A stretch of 43,906 bases of DNA from Tubiluchus corallicola (Eukaryota > Animalia > Priapulida), in NCBI GenBank assembly GCA_030141605.1, contig JAQGDQ010001376.1:1-43906 (forward strand). Reading direction: 5' to 3'. The notes under the pieces were generated by a model. That model did no database searches. It was not told where the DNA came from and saw nothing but the letters and a program-made list of their open reading frames with translations. Each line of letters starts with the position of its first letter. The first letter of the stretch is position 1. Positions 1-11,270 of the stretch are shown in pieces. The position numbers and the translations under genes are program-made.

Positions 1-229
1 AAATAGCCAAAAAACAACTAATGATCTTTGTACATGCCACGCAATCCTGTCATTAACACGGAATTAGAATGATTTTCTTATTGTGTGTGTCAAAATGTAA
101 GCACACTTTCTCGCACAAGCATAACCTTCACTCAATAAATTTTATTCAAAAACCTCTTACTGTACGAGATGGGAAAGTTTCATCACAAAAGATTTGAAGA
201 ATATCTTACAAATGACTTAGTTTTAACTA

Positions 230-784
230 CCGTATTTATTCGAGTACAATGCGCAAAATTTTCTACCCAAAAAAGAACTCAAAGTTTGGGTGCGCGTTAT
301 TAACGAGGGCTGGGGTGACACGCTTAGATGTATCAGTATATTATTTGTGCAATGACTCATTAGTCGAAGATATCGCTGACCACAATTGCAAAACATCGAA
401 TGCAGCCACATCTCTCGACCCACAAAACGCCTGTGGCCTATTTTTAGTAACAGTATCCAAAGCACTTGCGTGGATGATCTAAAATAAATAATTCTCGATG
501 GCTCATGCGCAACACTCATTGCAGAGGCGAGGCCTAGCTAAGGAAATAATCCATAATATTTGCGTCATCAGCAGACGCAATATTTCGGTATTGTGTTCAT
601 AGTTTACTTTACGTTGTCAATAAATGATTTTTGATATCATGGCCGCACTTGTTCAACAACGTTTGTCACTTACAATGTTTGGTATGAGCCGAGAAAAAGT
701 GAAACAAAATTTTATACCGATTTTCAATCGAAAATTAGCGGTGCGCGTTATACCCGTGTGCGCGTTATACTCGAATAAATACGG
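230..784. mobile_element. Tc1/mariner (pogo/Tigger-like) MITE
   Basis: TIRs CCGTATTTATTCGAGTA.../...TACTCGAATAAATACGG flanked by TA on both sides. Confidence 0.85.
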
Positions 785-1481
785 TAAGTAAGGTTAAAGG
801 CACGCTAATGAAGTATCGTATACATAAGAAATTTGGTCAGGTTAGAAATATTTCCTGAATATTCTAGGTGAATTTCAATTTTCAAATGCTGAAACTTTGT
901 GCCAAAGTTCAACCAATGTTGAACATACATGACAATCATTAATTGCATCAATTCTATATCCAATTTATGATCAAATTTAACAAAATTTAGGAACTGTAAG
1001 TTAGTCGCTTTAACAGAATTTTCGTCACCTCTTCAGCAGACACAAAAAGACAAATAGCTATAGAGATGATTTAAATTTAAAACGATTAAAAATGTGATCA
1101 TAATATTTTGGCTCGCCTTGCGGGTGGGAGTCGTCATCAAATGAAGAGAATAGAATTTTTTAAAAATTATAATGTATAATTCAAAATATAGAATTTAATT
1201 TCGACATGTGACAGCATATCATGAAAAGAAAGAACAAAATACAATGGCAATAATATGATATCAGAATTTAAAAGGTTTTAAAAGTTAAATGAATGAATTA
1301 ATATAAAAATTTACCATAAAAATATAAAATACTACATAAAACATATATACTAATACAAACATTTAGAATGTATAACTTTTTCAGATCTATTTCTACATTT
1401 TATTACATTTTACCACGTTTTACTTCATTTTCATTTGTGTAAGTTAACACTGTTATGAAAAATGATCGTAACACAGATTAC

Positions 1482-3969
1482 CAAGTCGGCTTTAGTCGTT
1501 CCCGATGAACCGTCTCTGAGAAAAGAGTTCACAATTGTTAATTTTCCAAGATCGGCTACGAGGATTTCCGATGACCGCGCACTGTGCGGGATGAGAATGA
1601 CCGGTGAGCCGGCCTGAATGTCCAGGAGTATTCGAGCACCCGTATTAGGACGGTTGCTCACCTAAAAACGTAAAATGAAATGCAAAAACAAATAAACGAA
1701 GAAATTCACATAAAAAGACAGTTTCTTCCTTCACAAGCACCTTATGCTTGCTAAACTAGTAATTCCTAACTAGGTGAGCAATTACAAAAGTAAGAATGCT
1801 TCAAATTAACACCATCATTTAAACAAGTCAACCAATGGCCACTCACAATCAAGTACAACAGCAGAAAAATTAAAATCTGAATACGTGTCCAGAGATAGAA
1901 TTCTTGTACATAGTAAATTAGGAAGTTGCAGTTAACAGAGATAAACTTTCTGGTAAAGAATTCCACAGATAAGAAGCCCAAGAGAAAATATGAATTTACA
2001 GTCCTGGGACCATCCCATTAAAGTAGTGCTAAAAGAGACTTAACCTCTGATCAGACCCAAACAGACAGGCAATACGATTATGGAATCTGTCGCATGGTCT
2101 AAGATAACAAGTTGAGATATTAACCCAGTTACCAACCTTAACAAATTACTAATCCAGCAATACCTGCAGTACTTGATGCATGATCTTAGCTGACTGTTGC
2201 AAGACTATTTTGCCATAAACTATTAAACTTAATGACTACGGCCATATCACGTTGAAAATACCGGTTCTTGTCTGATCACCGAAGTTAAGCAATGTAGAGC
2301 CTGGTTAGTACTTGGATACCTAAGAATACCAGGTGCTGTAGGCTTGCGGGATGCCCACACTGTATCTCGACACTAGGCAGAGGTGCTGCACAAGCAGCTA
2401 ACAGCTAGAGGGCGGAGGAGGTCAAGTGACCCAACGGCCATGTGTAGAGGAGCAAACCTTCCAAATCAGGAGTGGAGCCCCGAAGGCGGACCAATGCAGC
2501 ATGCTCACTGACTCCGGCAGCTCCTGCAGTCAACCTGGTGCCAAACACATCGCTCCGCTTTCCTTTGGACTACACCAGGGAGGAAGAGAGAGGGGTTCCT
2601 GTTGTCTGGGCAACTCAGGATCTCCATACACTTTGCCCAGGCGTGCGCCCTGGAGACGTTCAAGGATCGCACTGCTCAGCCACAGTCGACACTGCAGCTC
2701 CATCAATGTGATCAATAACTGACTCTCTTGATGCACACTCCATTGTCTTCCCAGACAGAAGGATGCCAACAATAACAACAACATGTAGACCTTTTTTGTC
2801 AGGATTGTGTCAAACAAGTTAAGTTTAAAGATGGCGACGTAATCAAGTACATACCGTGTGGCCAGCAGAAGTGGCCTGCATACGACCCAGAATGTCCTGA
2901 AGTCGAATGAATCGCAAGCAGAACGACAGAACTTCCTGCGCAAAACGCTGCGTGTGAACGATGCGTACGGATGACATGCGTAGTTTAACCTTTGCAAACA
3001 AGTTAAGCATAAAGATGGCGACGTAATCAAGTACATACCGTGTGGCCAGCAGAGGTGGCCCGCATACGACCCAGAATGTCCTGAAGTTGAATGAATCGCA
3101 GGCAGAACGACAGAACTTCCTGCGCAAAACGCTGCGTGTGAACGATGCGTATGGATGACATTCGCAGCTTGACCTTTGCGTCGCATTCACGTACCAATTC
3201 CAGGTCGGGCGTGCCGTACCTAAAAGCAACAAGTGTGAAAGTGCCTTAAATAATCTAAGAGCTCATTCACACAGACTCGTTTATATAAAAAAACTGAAAC
3301 ATTTACAAAGTCTTGACATGGGTAATATTAACATACATTAAGTATTTAAGTTAATGCTTTGCTTGCTTTGAGTTGATTTTGCCTTTAAACATACACAAAC
3401 ACCTAAAAAATGTCATGAGCCTGTAAGTGAACTTGTATTTTTAATAAGGGGCAGCTGACCAAGTGACCAATAGGTCTTTCGCTGCTCCTTCTCAGTTGCA
3501 ATAAAATGTAAAAATAATTATGTCGAATTTTAACTGATTTTGAGAAAATAAATTGAATTGAATTGAATTGAATATTTACAGATGATGAAGTTTTGATGAA
3601 CTAGCACTTTCTAATAATTATATAAAACAGGCATAAAGAAAGAGTGTGAAATACAAAATTAATCATCTTAATCGTATAATAAAAATTCACATAAAAAAAA
3701 TTTTTGCTTGTACTTGAACACGTGGAAGTGCAGAGCCTCGTCTCCGACAGTTTTAAATCTTTCCCTGTAGAGGGTGTTGTGAGGCGTAAGATCGATTACG
3801 GACATGCTGCCGAGTTTGCCGCTCAGCGTCATGTTGCCGTCGCGGAGCGAGATGTCCGAGACAAAGTTGGACATGTTGGCACGTGCTAAGACGTAATCCG
3901 TCTTGTTGAGAACCAAGTTGAAGCTTTTCACGAGCATCTTAATTTCAGAGTTGATGATTTCTTTATCTT
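1482..3969 (-). CDS. VPS13D: VPS13D internal exons, inverted copy (exons 3969..3714, 3219..3039, 1661..1482); fragment
   Basis: GT/AG-bounded, phase-compatible exons translate ...LVKSFNLVLNKTDYVLARANMS...LYRERFKTVGDEALHFHVFK/YGTPDLELVRECDAKVKLRMSSIRIVHTQRFAQEV...LQDILGRMRATSAGHT/VSNRPNTGARILLDIQAGSPVILIPHSARSSEILVADLGKL. This matches recalled VPS13D motifs (FYRERFTTSGEEAL, YVHTQRFQAEV, LLDIEAGAPVLLIPESSRS). Confidence 0.85.
2234..2345 (+). pseudogene. 5S rRNA-derived sequence (degenerate; head of a SINE)
   Basis: GACTACGGCCATATCACGTTGAAAATACCGGTTCTTGTCTGATCACCGAAGTTAAGC...TTAGTACTTGGAT...GAATACCAGGTGCTGTAGGCTT. Has an ~8-nt deletion in the box C region, CpG-type substitutions and no oligo-T terminator. 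Confidence 0.9.
2234..2783 (+). mobile_element. 5S-derived SINE (SINE3-like) with RTE-LINE-like body and (CAA)n tail
   Basis: 5S head, then a GC-rich structured body resembling recalled RTE 5'UTRs (GGCAGCTCCTGCAGTCAACCTGGTGCCAAA...TTTGGACTACACCAG). The 3' end is CCATTGTCTTCCCAGACAGAAGGATGCCAACAATAACAACAACA. No clear TSD. Confidence 0.65.
2855..2989 (-). pseudogene. Tandem partial duplicate of a VPS13D exon (intact 45 codons in this arm)
   Basis: 184-bp tandem duplication of the exon 3' part, its donor and intron sequence. Reads VKLRMSSVRIVHTQRFAQEVLSFCLRFIRLQDILGRMQATSAGHT, bounded by AAG and GTATGT. Confidence 0.8.
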
Positions 3970-4084
3970 CTGAAAGAGATTTTGCACTCCAGACATAACC
4001 AATCAATAAGTAAATATGGAATAATAGCTGCTGAGTTAAACTAGATGCTAAATTGCTACCATACTACAGAGTACACATACAAGG

Positions 4085-4563
4085 CAGTGGCGTCGTGCTA
4101 CAGAGGCCCGTAGTTTTAGAAAATGTCAAAAATTTGAAGGGTGTCAGTGGCTCGTAATGAGACCAATAAGGTGTAAAATTGAGACAAAATGGGAATTCGT
4201 TTGAATTTCTTCAAATAGATGGCGTTGACGCAAATTTCACGCATGCGCCGTAGTTTCGCCACACCGCCACGTTTGAAATGCGTTTGCGACAAATTACTTA
4301 CATATGTTTTGGTAGTCGTCTTTTTGCCGAATCTTTGGATTCCTGACAGCTAATAAATACTTAATTAAATTTTAATTTAATTTTAATTAAGTTTCCGTTG
4401 CTATAGCTTTAAGTTAAATGGCAGTTGGGAATAAATAAATCGTTTTTCTTGCACGCAAAATACTGTGTGGGAATTCAAAGCTATAAGTTTTTTAAACAGT
4501 TAAGTTCCGCCATTATATACAGTCGCCCCCCCCCCCAATTTTTTTTGGTGCACGACGCCCCTG
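4085..4563. mobile_element. hAT-like MITE
   Basis: 14-bp TIRs CAGTGGCGTCGTGC/GCACGACGCCCCTG with 1 mismatch. TSD not evident. Mirror copy at 6080..6558. Confidence 0.6.
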
Positions 4564-4993
4564 TATCACTGAGTAATTAAATTAGTAGGTGCTGCTTAAT
4601 GAGACTGAAGTGTTTTGATCCAATTAACCGACTGAACCTATTAGCCAGTATTACTAATATAGAAGTATGAGTCACCAGCTTACTGTGCACTGCAAAGGTT
4701 TTTAATGAATTTTTGAAGCGAGGTAATGCCTAAATTCCTTTGTGCAGATAAAATTTTTTAAAAATATATTTTCAAATATTAAGTTATATAACTGAATTAG
4801 CAATAAATTAAAAAGTATGCTTTTCTAAATCACACAAGTCTGCTTATTTGCAAAAATTTCAAAATCCCTTCAAAGTTGGCTATACTGTATAAGTATAAAT
4901 AAAGACACTACTACTTATACTTCATTTTATCGCGAAGAAATTGGCTCACAAAGTTCCTCTAATGATAAAAACATTGAAAATCTGTTGTTGTAC

Positions 4994-5080
4994 TGTACCT
5001 GTACCTGTACCTGTACCTGTACCTATACCTGCACCTGTACCTGTACCTGTACCTGTACCTGTACCTGTACCTGTATCTGC
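4994..5080. repeat. (TGTACC)n microsatellite at the IR1 inner junction
   Basis: Direct reading. Confidence 0.95.
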
Positions 5081-6079
5081 ATCTCTGGCATAACAGCAGC
5101 ATATAACTGCTTAAACTTTCTGCCAAAGACACTTTCACGCAAATGATTAAATGTTTAACATCAGGGAATTCTTGTGTAAAGAGGTTAATTGCAGTGGACA
5201 GGCGGGTTAAAGCAAACCATCAGGCTAGCATAATTAGTGTATGATAAACATTCCTGCTTACAAACAAAGCGGTACTGAACATGATTGTTTCTGTGTATAG
5301 AAAAGGACAAAAGTGAACTAAGATGATATAAAAATCACAAAAGCTTATTTGTCACACAAAAGTGTCTTATTGAAGCACGTGAAGCAAAAATATTGAGTCA
5401 ATTAGGCGGAGTTATTTGAGTCAATTACCGACAGTTTTATGTACATTTGAAAAGAACTGGTCCGTACCAGGTGTTTTTGAGTCAATTAAGCGATTGAATC
5501 TATTAAGCGGTGGCCACTGCACGATGAAAACTTTTCCTCAACTTCTTATGTGAAACCAGCAATAGGTTCTCCAGAGGTAACAGAAAGTTACAAATTACAA
5601 ATTAAAAAGCACATGCACAACAGCATAGCAGAAAATACAACAGCAACAGCAACAACAACAGATTTTCAATGTTTTTATCATTAGAGGAACTTTGTGAGCC
5701 AATTTCTTCGCGATAAAATGAAGTATAAGTAGTAGTGTCTTTATTTATACTTATACAGTATAGCCAACTTTGAAGGGATTTTGAAATTTTTGCAAATAAG
5801 CAGACTTGTGTGATTTAGAAAAGCATACTTTTTAATTTATTGCTAATTCAGTTATATAACTTAATATTTGAAAATATATTTTTAAAAAATTTTATCTGCA
5901 CAAAGGAATTTAGGCATTACCTCGCTTCAAAAATTCATTAAAAACCTTTGCAGTGCACAGTAAGCTGGTGACTCATACTTCTATATTAGTAATACTGGCT
6001 AATAGGTTCAGTCGGTTAATTGGATCAAAACACTTCAGTCTCATTAAGCAGCACCTACTAATTTAATTACTCAGTGATA

Positions 6080-6558
6080 CAGGGGCGTCGTGCACCAAAA
6101 AAAATTGGGGGGGGGGGCGACTGTATATAATGGCGGAACTTAACTGTTTAAAAAACTTATAGCTTTGAATTCCCACACAGTATTTTGCGTGCAAGAAAAA
6201 CGATTTATTTATTCCCAACTGCCATTTAACTTAAAGCTATAGCAACGGAAACTTAATTAAAATTAAATTAAAATTTAATTAAGTATTTATTAGCTGTCAG
6301 GAATCCAAAGATTCGGCAAAAAGACGACTACCAAAACATATGTAAGTAATTTGTCGCAAACGCATTTCAAACGTGGCGGTGTGGCGAAACTACGGCGCAT
6401 GCGTGAAATTTGCGTCAACGCCATCTATTTGAAGAAATTCAAACGAATTCCCATTTTGTCTCAATTTTACACCTTATTGGTCTCATTACGAGCCACTGAC
6501 ACCCTTCAAATTTTTGACATTTTCTAAAACTACGGGCCTCTGTAGCACGACGCCACTG
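6080..6558. mobile_element. hAT-like MITE (mirror copy)
   Basis: Reverse complement of 4085..4563. Confidence 0.6.
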
Positions 6559-6673
6559 CCTTGTATGTGTACTCTGTAGTATGGTAGCAATTTAGCATCT
6601 AGTTTAACTCAGCAGCTATTATTCCATATTTACTTATTGATTGGTTATGTCTGGAGTGCAAAATCTCTTTCAG

Positions 6674-9600
6674 AAGATAAAGAAATCATCAACTCTGAAA
6701 TTAAGATGCTCGTGAAAAGCTTCAACTTGGTTCTCAACAAGACGGATTACGTCTTAGCACGTGCCAACATGTCCAACTTTGTCTCGGACATCTCGCTCCG
6801 CGACGGCAACATGACGCTGAGCGGCAAACTCGGCAGCATGTCCGTAATCGATCTTACGCCTCACAACACCCTCTACAGGGAAAGATTTAAAACTGTCGGA
6901 GACGAGGCTCTGCACTTCCACGTGTTCAAGTACAAGCAAAAATTTTTTTTATGTGAATTTTTATTATACGATTAAGATGATTAATTTTGTATTTCACACT
7001 CTTTCTTTATGCCTGTTTTATATAATTATTAGAAAGTGCTAGTTCATCAAAACTTCATCATCTGTAAATATTCAATTCAATTCAATTCAATTTATTTTCT
7101 CAAAATCAGTTAAAATTCGACATAATTATTTTTACATTTTATTGCAACTGAGAAGGAGCAGCGAAAGACCTATTGGTCACTTGGTCAGCTGCCCCTTATT
7201 AAAAATACAAGTTCACTTACAGGCTCATGACATTTTTTAGGTGTTTGTGTATGTTTAAAGGCAAAATCAACTCAAAGCAAGCAAAGCATTAACTTAAATA
7301 CTTAATGTATGTTAATATTACCCATGTCAAGACTTTGTAAATGTTTCAGTTTTTTTATATAAACGAGTCTGTGTGAATGAGCTCTTAGATTATTTAAGGC
7401 ACTTTCACACTTGTTGCTTTTAGGTACGGCACGCCCGACCTGGAATTGGTACGTGAATGCGACGCAAAGGTCAAGCTGCGAATGTCATCCATACGCATCG
7501 TTCACACGCAGCGTTTTGCGCAGGAAGTTCTGTCGTTCTGCCTGCGATTCATTCAACTTCAGGACATTCTGGGTCGTATGCGGGCCACATCTGCCGGGCA
7601 CACGGTATTTACTTGATTACGTCGCCATCTTTATGCTTAACTTGTTTGCAAAGGTCAAATTACGCATGTAATCCATTCGCAGCGTTTTGCGCAGGAAGTT
7701 CTGTCATTCTGCTTGCGATTCATTCGACTTCAGGACATTCTGGGTCGTATGCAGGCCACTTCTGCTGGCCACACGGTATGTACTTGATTACGTCGCCATC
7801 TTTAAACTTAACTTGTTTGACACAATCCTGACAAAAAAGGTCTACATGTTGTTGTTATTGTTGGCATCCTTCTGTCTGGGAAGACAATGGAGTGTGCATC
7901 AAGAGAGTCAGTTATTGATCACATTGATGGAGCTGCAGTGTCGACTGTGGCTGAGCAGTGCGATCCTTGAACGTCTCCAGGGCGCACGCCTGGGCAAAGT
8001 GTATGGAGATCCTGAGTTGCCCAGACAACAGGAACCCCTCTCTCTTCCTCCCTGGTGTAGTCCAAAGGAAAGCGGAGCGATGTGTTTGGCACCAGGTTGA
8101 CTGCAGGAGCTGCCGGAGTCAGTGAGCATGCTGCATTGGTCCGCCTTCGGGGCTCCACTCCTGATTTGGAAGGTTTGCTCCTCTACACATGGCCGTTGGG
8201 TCACTTGACCTCCTCCGCCCTCTAGCTGTTAGCTGCTTGTGCAGCACCTCTGCCTAGTGTCGAGATACAGTGTGGGCATCCCGCAAGCCTACAGCACCTG
8301 GTATTCTTAGGTATCCAAGTACTAACCAGGCTCTACATTGCTTAACTTCGGTGATCAGACAAGAACCGGTATTTTCAACGTGATATGGCCGTAGTCATTA
8401 AGTTTAATAGTTTATGGCAAAATAGTCTTGCAACAGTCAGCTAAGATCATGCATCAAGTACTGCAGGTATTGCTGGATTAGTAATTTGTTAAGGTTGGTA
8501 ACTGGGTTAATATCTCAACTTGTTATCTTAGACCATGCGACAGATTCCATAATCGTATTGCCTGTCTGTTTGGGTCTGATCAGAGGTTAAGTCTCTTTTA
8601 GCACTACTTTAATGGGATGGTCCCAGGACTGTAAATTCATATTTTCTCTTGGGCTTCTTATCTGTGGAATTCTTTACCAGAAAGTTTATCTCTGTTAACT
8701 GCAACTTCCTAATTTACTATGTACAAGAATTCTATCTCTGGACACGTATTCAGATTTTAATTTTTCTGCTGTTGTACTTGATTGTGAGTGGCCATTGGTT
8801 GACTTGTTTAAATGATGGTGTTAATTTGAAGCATTCTTACTTTTGTAATTGCTCACCTAGTTAGGAATTACTAGTTTAGCAAGCATAAGGTGCTTGTGAA
8901 GGAAGAAACTGTCTTTTTATGTGAATTTCTTCGTTTATTTGTTTTTGCATTTCATTTTACGTTTTTAGGTGAGCAACCGTCCTAATACGGGTGCTCGAAT
9001 ACTCCTGGACATTCAGGCCGGCTCACCGGTCATTCTCATCCCGCACAGTGCGCGGTCATCGGAAATCCTCGTAGCCGATCTTGGAAAATTAACAATTGTG
9101 AACTCTTTTCTCAGAGACGGTTCATCGGGAACGACTAAAGCCGACTTGGTAATCTGTGTTACGATCATTTTTCATAACAGTGTTAACTTACACAAATGAA
9201 AATGAAGTAAAACGTGGTAAAATGTAATAAAATGTAGAAATAGATCTGAAAAAGTTATACATTCTAAATGTTTGTATTAGTATATATGTTTTATGTAGTA
9301 TTTTATATTTTTATGGTAAATTTTTATATTAATTCATTCATTTAACTTTTAAAACCTTTTAAATTCTGATATCATATTATTGCCATTGTATTTTGTTCTT
9401 TCTTTTCATGATATGCTGTCACATGTCGAAATTAAATTCTATATTTTGAATTATACATTATAATTTTTAAAAAATTCTATTCTCTTCATTTGATGACGAC
9501 TCCCACCCGCAAGGCGAGCCAAAATATTATGATCACATTTTTAATCGTTTTAAATTTAAATCATCTCTATAGCTATTTGTCTTTTTGTGTCTGCTGAAGA

Positions 9601-11270
9601 GGTGACGAAAATTCTGTTAAAGCGACTAACTTACAGTTCCTAAATTTTGTTAAATTTGATCATAAATTGGATATAGAATTGATGCAATTAATGATTGTCA
9701 TGTATGTTCAACATTGGTTGAACTTTGGCACAAAGTTTCAGCATTTGAAAATTGAAATTCACCTAGAATATTCAGGAAATATTTCTAACCTGACCAAATT
9801 TCTTATGTATACGATACTTCATTAGCGTGCCTTTAACCTTACTTACCGTATTTATTCGAGTATAACGCGCACACGGGTATAACGCGCACCGCTAATTTTC
9901 GATTGAAAATCGGTATAAAATTTTGTTTCACTTTTTCTCGGCTCATACCAAACATTGTAAGTGACAAACGTTGTTGAACAAGTGCGGCCATGATATCAAA
10001 AATCATTTATTGACAACGTAAAGTAAACTATGAACACAATACCGAAATATTGCGTCTGCTGATGACGCAAATATAATTGATTATTTCCTTAGCTACGCCT
10101 CGCCTCTGCAATGAGTGTTGCGCATGAGCCATTGAGAATTATTTATTTTAGATCGTCCGCGCAAGTGCTTTGGATACTGTTACTAAAAATAGACCATAGG
10201 CGTTTTGTGGGTCGAGAGATGTGGCTGCATTCGATGTTTTGCGATTGTGGTCAGCGATATCTTCGACTAATGAGTTATTGCACAAATAATATATTGATAC
10301 ATCTAAGCGTGTCACCCCAGCCCTCGTTTATAATGCGCACCCAAACTTTGAGTTCTTTTTTAGGTAGAAAATTTTGCACGTTATACTCGAATAAATACGG
10401 TAGTTAAAACTAAGTCATTTGTAAGATATTCTTCAAATCTTTTGTGATGAAACTTTCCCATCTCGTACAGTAAGAGGTTTTTGAATAAAATTTATTGGTT
10501 TTTGTATGTTATGCTTTTGTGTAGCAGTGAGAAAGTGTGCTTACATTTTGAATAAGAAAATCATTCTAATTCCGTGTTAATGACAGGATTGCGTGGCATG
10601 TACAAAGATCATTAGTTGTTTTTTGGCTAATTAAATCATCCACCTGGCCACCCTGTACCAGTCACGTACTTGGCAACCCAATCAGTAGGGGTGAGCATCG
10701 AACGTTCGCATTATATTCGAACGACTTTTTTTAGTTTGAACTCGATTCGAATCCAAAACTATAGATTTGAATAATTCAGCAATTCAATCACATAATGTTC
10801 TTTATCATTAAAACGATTGAAACATCATGCAATTAGCATAATTTAGCTGTGATTTCTGTGCACAATTTTAAACAAATTACTAGTCGTTTTATTGCAGAAC
10901 AAAATTGAATGATATGCATGATCTTTGTAAGATTAATTTTCACTAGTGGTTCGAAAACTTGTTTGAAAATCTTTCAGTCTCAATTCAAATTCGGATTGCA
11001 TTCAAAACACCGAAGTTCAGTTCGATTCCAATTCGAAAGTCAAAAATTCGGTTCTATTCGAATTCGCATTCTGGCAGAGAATGCTCACCTCTACCAATCA
11101 GGGCAAATGATAGTGTATTATGTTGGTTGAAGTCTTGTTATTACATATGTTTTTAGAATCATCTTCCATTTTAATGTCTGTTTCATGTAGGCTTCGATGA
11201 AGCAGCCCTTCCAGAACATCACTGATAGCAGTAAAATGTCTTTATCTTTGCCACAGTCAATCTCTCCAAG
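6674..11270 (+). CDS. VPS13D: VPS13D internal exons (6674..6929, 7424..7604, 8969..9148, probable 11191..11270); fragment
   Basis: Same peptides as the mirrored copy, with consistent splice phases. The fourth exon (ASMKQPFQNITDSSKMSLSLPQSISP) is supported only by tag/GT sites and an open phase-0 frame. Confidence 0.87.
7654..7775 (+). pseudogene. Tandem partial duplicate of a VPS13D exon (disabled in this arm)
   Basis: GTC AAA TTA CGC ATG TAA stop and a 13-nt deletion relative to 2855..2989. Confidence 0.8.
7847..8396 (-). mobile_element. 5S-derived SINE (mirror copy)
   Basis: Reverse complement of 2234..2783. Confidence 0.65.
8285..8396 (-). pseudogene. 5S rRNA-derived sequence (mirror copy)
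   Basis: Reverse complement of 2234..2345. Confidence 0.9.
9486..9532 (+). ncRNA. Decayed minimal hammerhead motif, Penelope type (mirror ~1098..1144 on -)
   Basis: tcat-TTGATGA-c-gactc-loop-gagcc-AAAA-TATT-atga. Stem I (tcat/atga) is intact, stem II is near-paired, and the core C and G are mutated. Confidence 0.45.
9846..10400. mobile_element. Tc1/mariner MITE (mirror copy)
   Basis: Same TIRs and TA flanks as 230..784. Confidence 0.85.
10686..11093. mobile_element. hAT-family MITE
   Basis: TIRs TAGGGGTGAGCAT/ATGCTCACCTCTA and a perfect 8-bp TSD CCAATCAG. Interior is rich in TTCGAA. Confidence 0.9.

Larger units (their letters stand above)
4..4991. repeat. Giant inverted repeat IR1, left arm (may extend beyond the window start)
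   Basis: Reverse complement of 5652..~10629. Mirrored ORFs: 3668..4006(-)/6637..6975(+) have coordinate sum 10643, and 1431..1661(-)/8969..9199(+) have sum 10630. Confidence 0.97.
5652..10629. repeat. Giant inverted repeat IR1, right arm
   Basis: Starts acaacaacagattttcaatg, the reverse complement of the left-arm end. Ends gatcattagttgttttttggcta, the reverse complement of the window start. Confidence 0.97.

Noticed and set aside
2234-2345. Functional 5S rRNA gene
   Set aside because: It has a box C region deletion, multiple substitutions, no T-run terminator, and is not in a tandem array.
2426-2722. ORFs in the GC-rich block (and mirror 7908..8204)
   Set aside because: They lie within the SINE body, and I recognise no protein similarity.
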